Origin: Tubiluchus corallicola
Lineage: Eukaryota; Animalia; Priapulida
Reading direction: 5' to 3'
Assembly (NCBI GenBank): GCA_030141605.1
Contig: JAQGDQ010000267.1
Span: 1-64,000 of the forward strand
DNA length: 64,000 bases
The position numbers were made by a program, and so were the translations under genes. This document shows, piece by piece, positions 56,001-64,000 of this stretch; positions within the stretch are counted from its first letter, which is position 1, and every line of letters starts with the position of its first letter. The notes beneath the pieces were generated by a model. It had not been told where the DNA came from. It did not search any database and worked only from the letters and a program-made list of their open reading frames with translations.

Positions 56001-59000
56001 TGATTTATATGCAATTCTTCCCAAGCAACCCAAGTGAATGTGAAGTGCATGCAGAAACTCATTGCCAAACTGTTGAACTCATACAGGTTGATCCAAAAAG
56101 TAATAGCATTTTCAAAGTCAATCCAACCTGAAAGAATGACAACAGAAGTTTCCTAATATCTGTCAGAATCTGCGACATTCTGCATAAGAATAACATTACG
56201 TGTCAAGTAGAATATGAGTTGCAATTTATTGGGTAGTCACTAAATATGTGGTCTTTCTTCGCCACTGTTATCATCATCATGGTCGTCGTCGTTATCAGCA
56301 TAGCCAGAAATGCATTGCTGCAATAAGTAAAAATCTCACAACAAATGCATTTCTTTTTTCTAGTGCCATGGCCTTATAAATTATTTACAGTTTTATATCC
56401 ACATCAATTTCTTATGCTTTCTTAATTAGAATTATCACTGCTGCCTTTACTGTTGTAGGTATGCTACCAGCAATAGGTAATTCTACTTCAACAGCAGCAT
56501 TTGATTACCAGATAGCATTGTTTTTAACCAGTGATGAGACAATTTCATTTAGTTTTGTTTTTGCTTTGTGATTTATCATAACACACTATTGTTCATTTTA
56601 CACGAATTAATTAATTATTCCGTTAAGTATTAATTAATATTGCGCTAATGACACACTGCCACATGCCGTTGTAACTTCCTAAGATTTCTACAACCAGCTA
56701 TGCTTTTAAATACTTGTTACTTAGCTAAGAATATACTTAGTGCATTGGAAAAATGTTGTATAAATGTACTCTTGGAAGGAGTTTATAATTCCTCATACAA
56801 TTTAATACCCTAACCCTAACCTACCCTATCCTTAACCCAAACCTAATACTAATCTGCTTCACAAACTAATTTATTGTGCGTGGGAATTTTAAACTAAGTA
56901 CATCAAAAGCTTTGCAGTTCAAATATTCAAAATATTCATGGAATTTACATTACCACACTTAATGCATATATACGTATTTGGAAAACACATAAAAAGCGTC
57001 ACTGTGCATTACCAACTGAATAATTTATTGTTTGTCAATCACTCAGCTGAATTACTAAGGATTAATTAAGCAGTTAGCTAACTGATTTGCAGACTAATTG
57101 AATTCATGATTCATAGTATGGCAAAATACGTGAATGACTGAATGAGCATATGAGTGAGTGAATAAACAAAACTTACGAAAAAGTTGTAAATTGAATTCAG
57201 CAGTTACAGTACCGGCTGTATTCTTAGCGTAACACGTGTACAAGCCGCTGTCATTTGCAGTCAAACCGTATATATAAAGTCTTGTGCCGTTAACCATCTT
57301 TAGGTTGGGTCCAGTCCAATTCCACTCTGATGGCTCTGGATTAAAATCAACACGGCATAAAAGCTCTGCGATGCCACCATGAACGAGCGATTCTTTAGGT
57401 CCACTTACTAAGTCAATTGTTGCATTTTTTAGGATATCTAAAAACAAGAACAAACAACAAGAGCACAAAAATCTCAATCAAAAAAATGAAGAGCTCCGTT
57501 ACTAACTTCAAAGATTTCTTTCCATCTGAAGAAAACACACGAATTACATACATAAGTAGCCATTGGTCAATTGGGTGGTTTTACAGACTTCTAATGAGAC
57601 TCACATCAAGGATTTTAAGGGTAATGAAAACCACAACTTAGACATCTTGCCCAATGTTGCAGACAGCAACGCTAGAATAATAATATACTGTAATACCGAC
57701 ACATCTATTAAAACCGTAATTATGCACTACTTAAGGCTTGGCATAATTTCTCTACCACCAAATTGCAAACGTGCAGCTCAAGTTTTATTAATATTGTACG
57801 TATAATCATAATTATTAACCTTAACAATCCCGAGTAACCCCCTAGTACTGTAACTAGGGATAAGCAATTACACCACTCTCACCAGTCTTCGCATAGTTTG
57901 TCTTTGCTTAAAATTGGCATACAAAATAAACCTTACCTATTAGTGGTCGTCAGAGTGAAAAATTCATGACACGAGCAATCCAGTCTATAAATTTCCCTAG
58001 TTTGGAGTACAATGTGACGTGATTACTTACACTGAACATCCAATTTCACACTGATTCTCTCAGCAGGAAACAAGCCGCTACAGAAAACTCGGCATGATAA
58101 CTCTTTGCCGTTGTCTCCATATTTTCCAGGTGTAAATGTATAAAGCAGCTCACTGGTTGTGGTTATAAGTCCCGTTGATGGTTCCTGTTCAACTGGTAAC
58201 AGTGAGGAAAAACTGGTGATATAAATTTCATCTGCAAAATTTGATCAGATTAACCAGTCAGTCGGCTAATTATTATTGTTTTAATCAGTTAATCAAATGG
58301 CCAATCAGTCAGATGATCACATTTGGTAATCTACCAATTCATTATTCATTCAACCAGCCAATCAATAAATTGGTCGTTCAGTTGGTCAGCTCAGTCAAGC
58401 AATGTTAAGATTAAAAAATGTCATACCCAAATACCAGCTAATCAAGGCTCATAGATTGCTACTGCTGATTGTACAGATTAACACAAGTGAATTGATCAAT
58501 CAGTCAGCCAGTCAACAAACTAATCAATCAATCAACCAATATACAATCAATCAATTAATCAATCAACCAGTCAATCAATTGATTTATTTATTATTCGCTC
58601 AATTCACCAAGTAGCACCTACCCAGCCAAATAATCAGTGAAAAGATCAATCTAATCAATCACCAGGCCACCCAGTCAACCCCCAACCAACTTATCAGTCA
58701 GTTGGCTAGCCAGTCAGAAATGATACCAATGCCATACCTAAATACCAGCTAATCAAGGCACTTGGATTGCTACTATTAACTCTACAGGTTAACGTAGATG
58801 AATCACCTCCGGCGATGATCACAATTACAGATGCACTGACATTGCGAACACCATTGCTAACCATTGCGACTGTTTTGTTATCACGCATGAGTGTCAGCGA
58901 AGAAGGAGGAACTAAAAAATTAAGCAATACTACAGCAGTTTAGCTTAGATTAAATACACATTCTTCCATCACTTAAAGCAAAATTTCAAGTTCTTAATAC

Positions 59001-62000
59001 GTTTGTACTGTAGCACATTTTAATACAGATTTTACGTGCTTCTAATTTAGTTGTAAACTTGTATATACATATGCGAATTTGTCTTAGAACACAATTTTTT
59101 TTTAGCCTATATGAGTCTGTTAAGTTGTAATGGTTCAAATAAACAGCAGTGAGAACTGTCACCTGAAACTAATGGCCAATAACGCCACAGTTCTTCGAAA
59201 CGTTTATCAGTAAAAATCATATATAAGAAAATCTTGATAATGTTATTAATTCGATTATGGCTATGAATGCCAGAAGTTCATAAACCATTGCAATATATTT
59301 CACAACAATTGTAAACCTTGCAGCTAATGAGTTGAAGAAAGGAGATGCTGAGAAAATATGAACAAGTCGAGATTTGAACCCAAAACCCTGAATTAGATTG
59401 TTAATCTTAACAATGCACTGTTCTGTTTCAAAAACTTTCCATTATCTTAGATAAAAAACTGTTTGATATTTGAACAGTGAGACAGTATGTAAATAAACAC
59501 AATGTACTAACCTTGTTCGGTCTGTTGATCGACAAACAGATGTGCTACAGCATTTCAAATGGTAAAAAAGAGCAGCACATTTTTTAAGACAAAAACACTA
59601 TTAATGTTGACAGCCTAATAGATTGTCAACTTTTGCCAATCAAGAATTTTTGATCACCCAAATTTTGTTTGCAGTTACTCACTTGCAATAGAAATCAGAA
59701 GTGTACTCAATTATCCATCTTTCACTGACAAAGTTTCTATGGTTCCTTGCAATAATTAGAATGCAATTTGTGATTATAAAACAAATGACAAATAATATGG
59801 CAGCTTGAATGCTTTAAATAAAAATCGTTTAACTCGGGAATATGCGATTAAAAATTGCAGTCGATGGAAGTTGTCAACATTATTCAACGTTTTGCTGACA
59901 TTTTTTATGAGCAGTTGAACCAACTTTAGTATACCAGCACTAGTATTCAAGCAGCAGGCTTTAGTTGATACACTGGTGTAGGTTCATCGCTGCTCACAGA
60001 TATTTCTACAAAGTTTCATTATTGTTGGCCCTTCGGCATGTGCAATCTATCACAATCTTACAGGCACAACAACACCTTATGAAACCTTTTACACATACCT
60101 ACAACAATTAGTTCGGCTTCGTTTGAGTCCAACCGTATGCCGAATGACCCGGTTGAATGATACACACACTTGTAGGTTCCCTGAGTTTGTAAAGTGACAT
60201 TAGTAATGTTAATATTATAGTCAATCTCATGCTGGCCTCTCCCACCTTCAGGCATATATGTATAGGCAATGTTATCATTTGTGCTAATATTTAGTTTTTC
60301 AAAGTTAGCGCTATCTGAAGTTTGATAAAACCATGTTACAGTATACGGAGTTTTAGAATTGTTGCCAGTCAACTTTTCATTTAGTAAGCAGTTCAGTTGA
60401 AAAAAATCGTCTACTTTAACTTCTTTACTCTGTGGTTCTAAACGAAAGTAACCGGACAGTTCAACTGAAATAAAAATAAACATGTGTTCAGTCAATAATG
60501 CATTTTTTGATCTTAGAGATACTGATTTTGATGGTACATTTGTTATCTCAAAACTTACATTAGGAAAAATTTCTTTTTTTATAATCTTTCTGTATCAAGC
60601 AATATTTCACTGACAAACTTTAAAGCTAGTAATGTTACAATTTTATTAAATTATTTATTTTGTTTATTTCAAATGCAGGTCTTCTGTATTTAGTAGATAT
60701 TGTAAATGAATGAGTGAGTGAGTGTGGAAAGATTAGTGACTTTTGATGTCAGTGGGACATGCACAGATTTGAAATCACGGTGGAATAGAATTGTTCTTAA
60801 AACCTCTGAACCATACACAATTCTGCATAAAAGCAGTTATAGAAAATACTAAAAGAGTGTTCTCTTTTTCAAAGCCAAATGTCATGACTCACCTTTGGTA
60901 GTTTGAAACTTATTAGAAATCCTTTGACCCTCTTGGAAAACCACGTTTCCTGCAGAGTCAGTTGCCTTGTAAACCAATGCCACAAAAATCAGATATTGTG
61001 TATCTGGATTTAGGTCGTTACCAACATGACAAAACGAACTGTGAATTTGGTATGACCGATTGCAAACAAAGCTGTCCTTATCAGATCCCAATATTCTAAT
61101 AAAAATGTACCAGAAAAGCGGTGTTACTCGCTCAGAGGTTTTTGGCGGTCCCTGAAAAATTTGACAACAAAACCTTTTTTTGAACTGCGTTGTTTTATTC
61201 CAAAAACACCATATGATTACAGTAAAAAATAAATGGATTAAAAACATAGCAAATTATCTAGAAATAGCAATCCCAAGTTTAATTTGAAAAGAATGTCATT
61301 TCTTTAGATATATAACTATTTTACCTTCTTGACGATATAAGTTTTAAATGCTTTTAGTCTCATTTTTGCATAAGGTAGTTTTATTAATTTTAATGTAACT
61401 TTAGTCATTGTAAATATTTTAATTGTACGCTTTTATGGTTTTTATTATGCTGAAATTATCAACTAATGAAAAATACATAACCTAAACTTGATGGACTTCT
61501 ATTAAAAGGTAAATACTAAATTTTCCCTTAAAAGATTCAAACTAGATATTAATTTGAATCCAATAAATAAAAATAATATGTGTTATTAAAAATGTGAAAC
61601 TTTGTATTCTATACTACTTTGCTATCTGACCTGTCTGGTTTCATCTGACCTGTTCTGTGTATTCTTAGCCTTTTTAAAACTAGTCATAAATTTAAACCAT
61701 TTCAATTGAATAATAACTAATTAGGTATTGCGAAAAGAGGTTCTCTTTATTCTTTAAAGTAGTAAATACTACTCAATATATATAATACAAAATCTCACAT
61801 TATTAACAGTACAACTGATTGAATTCATAGCTCACAACCCAGCATGCACCAAAGGCATAGAATAAAAATGGTTTTACAATGCATTCTCATGGTAAATAAT
61901 GTTTATTTAACTAAATTCCTGATTTCTGATCTGCTAGTTCTTTATGTAGTTTCACAACGTGCATTTTCACAACAAGCATTAATGGAACTAGTTAAAATTT

Positions 62001-62339
62001 ACTGACAGCCATTTATTAGTCAATAATCAGCATATTTCAACATTACAACATCTGCCTCTAATACTAAATTTCCAAGTTTTACATATCATTGATCATAAAA
62101 TGAATTCCATGTTTAATAAGATTCATTATTATGTTTAGATGTACAGTTTCAAGAGGGTACAACTTGTCCCTCAAAACACCTAAATTTTGACCAAAACACT
62201 AAAAGTTCAGTCAAATACATTGTTATTAGCACAGAAACGCTCACCCAATCAATGTCCTGATGGTCTTGCTTCCAGCTAACACGGGCCGAATAAGACGTGA
62301 TGTTGTCAATAACTGGATGAGCATGCAAGTGTGGAAATT
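47047..62339 (-). CDS. Large type-I IgSF membrane protein (FN3 + about 5 Ig-like + TM + about 1,550-aa repeat-rich cytoplasmic tail); 5' end not identified
   Basis: Phase-consistent GT-AG exons: 62339-62245 and 61151-60893 (FN3-like), 60464-60099 (Ig V-like, C..W..QGTYKC), 58911-58738 plus 58231-58031 (C2-like, TCRVNSSNPSALISW...NGKELSCR), 57437-57177 (DSGLYTCYAKNTAG), 56127-55819 and 55053-54682 (divergent Ig-like), 54238-54116 (TM, then RKEK), 53444-50448, 49815-49711, 48572-47047 (stop). The extracellular and TM joins are more certain than the last two exons. Confidence 0.75.
47060..47375 (-). repeat. Coding 54-bp (18-aa) tandem repeat, about 6 copies
   Basis: Units like SCGSPGRTDQSRPSTAHQ at the predicted C-terminus. 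Confidence 0.88.
47503..48520 (-). repeat. Coding 171/174-bp (57/58-aa) tandem repeat, 6 copies
   Basis: CRNEPVKVDEKKQNVDD occurs six times; units nearly identical. Confidence 0.95.
48843..49580 (+). repeat. Dispersed repeat copy B (same family as 36820-37340)
   Basis: Shared colinear motifs with copy A; lies in an intron of the IgSF gene. Confidence 0.7.
50710..51880 (-). repeat. Coding 114-bp (38-aa) tandem repeat, 9 near-perfect copies plus degenerate flank
   Basis: TDSQDKVQDKSSSKDLQDKVHRKSSKDSQSTIKGGKTK x9; DNA period 114 (for example TGTCTTCCCT at 51301 and 51415). Confidence 0.96.
56807..56848. repeat. Short degenerate (CCCTAA)n-like tract
   Basis: ACCCTAACCCTAACCTACCCTATCCTTAACCCAAACCTAA. 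Confidence 0.6.
58245..58720. repeat. Degenerate (CAAT/CAGT)n tetranucleotide-like intronic repeat
   Basis: Many ATCA/ACCA/GTCA 4-mers, for example CAATCAATCAACCAAT. Confidence 0.7.
58421..58490 (-). pseudogene. Decayed partial duplicate of the Ig exon 58911-58738
   Basis: Reads SLVLICTISSSNL*ALISWYL G|GTATGA versus the real exon SSTLTCRVNSSNPSALISWYL G|GTATGG. Confidence 0.8.
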
Positions 62340-63613
62340 CTAGAAAAAACAGTACAGTCAATAAGCTCTGCATCAGCCTATAGAAAGAAATGGGTAGCAA
62401 ATTTTTGAAATGAATGAAGCTGAAAAGAAAGTCATAGGTAATATTGAACTGTTCTATACATAATAAAAATGAAGTTAAATACATGGGGCCTACAAATAAA
62501 CATGCAATCAGCAATTTACGACCAAGCAGTTTTTGTAGATACTTGTAACTGACTGTATAAGCGAACATCAGTGTTTTATGACTGATCAGCAAGAAACCCT
62601 CATTGATGCAAGACATCATACTTTAAAAGCAATGAACCCCTATTTGCTTGAGTAAAAGAAATGATGGATTTAACATCTTCCAAGTTTGGTAAATTCTTCC
62701 TAACCCCCAGATGCTTTCCCACAAAAAAGTTATGCGTTAGGTTAAGCATAGCTCCTAAATTAAACAACAAAACAAGGAAGCACCACCAGTTTCGTACAGA
62801 TTTCCCCATCACGCACGAACTATGGCTGCTGTGCTTAAAGAGTCGCATTATTGGACACAGCAAGTGACACCACGAAATGGCTAAACATGAAATCAAATCA
62901 AGAAAATGGCCCAGCCAAGAGCTCTGCAAATCCATTGTGGCTTAACTTTCAACATCAAATGTCATTAAGCACTGAAAAACTTATAAAGCAGTAGTTATTC
63001 AGACTATAGGTTAATAGCCGTTTCAGGTTTTTACCATTCCGGGTCAGTCTCTGGTTGTGCAGTTCTTTAGCAGTAAAATTTGACTACATTAATTAATGTG
63101 TTGTACAAAGAAATACTTTTATACACATACATTGTTTCAATCTCCTACAAATAGAACAAGATTAATATTATGACGAAAACTGTAAAAATTGTACATAAAG
63201 TGTCTCATAAAAAATTGTGAAATTCAAATTTTAATGATTTTAACAAATAAAAATCTTGTATAATTTGGCAAGCAGCATTACATCCATAGAAATAAGCCTA
63301 TTAATCTGCTAGCTCTAACAAAAAAAAAATTGAAAATCTAGAAGCAATAACTTTTATACTTCACTGTTAAGGAGCAATGCCATATATTAATCATTTTCTC
63401 AAATTTAAAAACCTTTAAAATGATAAAAAAAACCATAAAAATGATTTGAAGAATCAGTACTCTGGATGGTGAACATGGCAACACTTGGATTGTTTGGAAC
63501 GGTCACAGAGTATAGGCTTCAACCTCTGCAAATGTTACATGCGACCTTATAAAAAAATGAACTTTTAAAAAGAGAAAAACTGCTAGAGTGCAGAGCAAAA
63601 AAGAGTTCCACAT

Positions 63614-63758
63614 CTCCCATGAACTAGTTAATTGTGTGCTTTTGCCTGTAAAATCGAATAGAAGGAGCAGTTTCCAAACAAAAGGGATGAGGCTTTAGTT
63701 GTTGACCTATGGTTTTATCTCCCATGAACTAGTTAATTGTGAGCTTTTGCCTGTAAAA
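63614..63758. repeat. Direct repeat pair of about 41 bp
   Basis: TCTCCCATGAACTAGTTAATTGTG(T/A)GCTTTTGCCTGTAAAAT at about 63613 and 63718. Confidence 0.85.
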
Positions 63759-63832
63759 TTACCATGATGACATGGCTTATATTTCATGAAAATTTGAACC
63801 AATTCTTTCCTGCACAATTCTGTTAATATATT

Positions 63833-64000
63833 GGTCATACGCTTCCATCCAAGAACTATCTGTAGTCATAAGCTTCCCATCCAAGAACTTTCCATAGTCA
63901 TAAGCTTCCATCCAAGAACTTTCCATGGTCATAAGCTTCCATCCAAGAACTTGCCATGGTCATAAGCTTTCATCCAAGAACTTGCCATGGTCATAAGCTT
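63833..64000. repeat. 31-bp minisatellite running off the window end
   Basis: GGTCATAAGCTTCCATCCAAGAACTTTCCAT-like unit, more than 5 copies. Confidence 0.92.

Noticed and set aside
56807-56848. Interstitial telomere or chromosome fusion site
   Set aside because: Only two perfect CCCTAA units; such short tracts are common inside invertebrate repeats.
59510-59750. Two short exon-like segments with donors in the IgSF intron
   Set aside because: Open only in phase 2-2, incompatible with the flanking phase-1 junctions; no recognisable domain.
63460-63545. Candidate upstream exon of the IgSF gene (SHVTFAEVEAYTL*)
   Set aside because: Ends in a stop with no phase-compatible donor; cannot be linked to the exon at 62339.

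Overview
AT-rich, intron-containing eukaryotic (invertebrate-like) genomic DNA; no prokaryotic systems, CRISPR arrays, rRNA genes or intact tRNA genes were seen. Four host genes were reconstructed by hand from GT-AG splice sites and reading-frame phase. (1) A single-coding-exon F-box/LRR-like gene (+, 10289-11275) whose C-terminus resembles a degenerate BIR zinc-binding motif. (2) Sepiapterin reductase SPR (-, 3 coding exons, 269 aa). (3) MCM2 (+, 16 coding exons, 884 aa), head-to-head with SPR and carrying an overlapping MCB/E2F site. (4) The 3' part of a large type-I IgSF membrane protein gene (-, 12 exons in window, about 2,260 codons): FN3, about five Ig-like domains, TM, then a roughly 1,550-aa cytoplasmic tail built from three unrelated coding tandem-repeat arrays. 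Between about 12.5 and 23.2 kb lies a dense graveyard of decayed retroelements (Mag-like and other Gypsy, BEL/Pao, LINE). It includes a tandemly triplicated LTR-flank junction and a BEL fragment bounded by inverted LTR ends. Also present: a CR1-like LINE relic, a Tigger/pogo deletion derivative in an MCM2 intron, SINE-like fragments and simple repeats. All calls come from reading the sequence only; no database searches were run.
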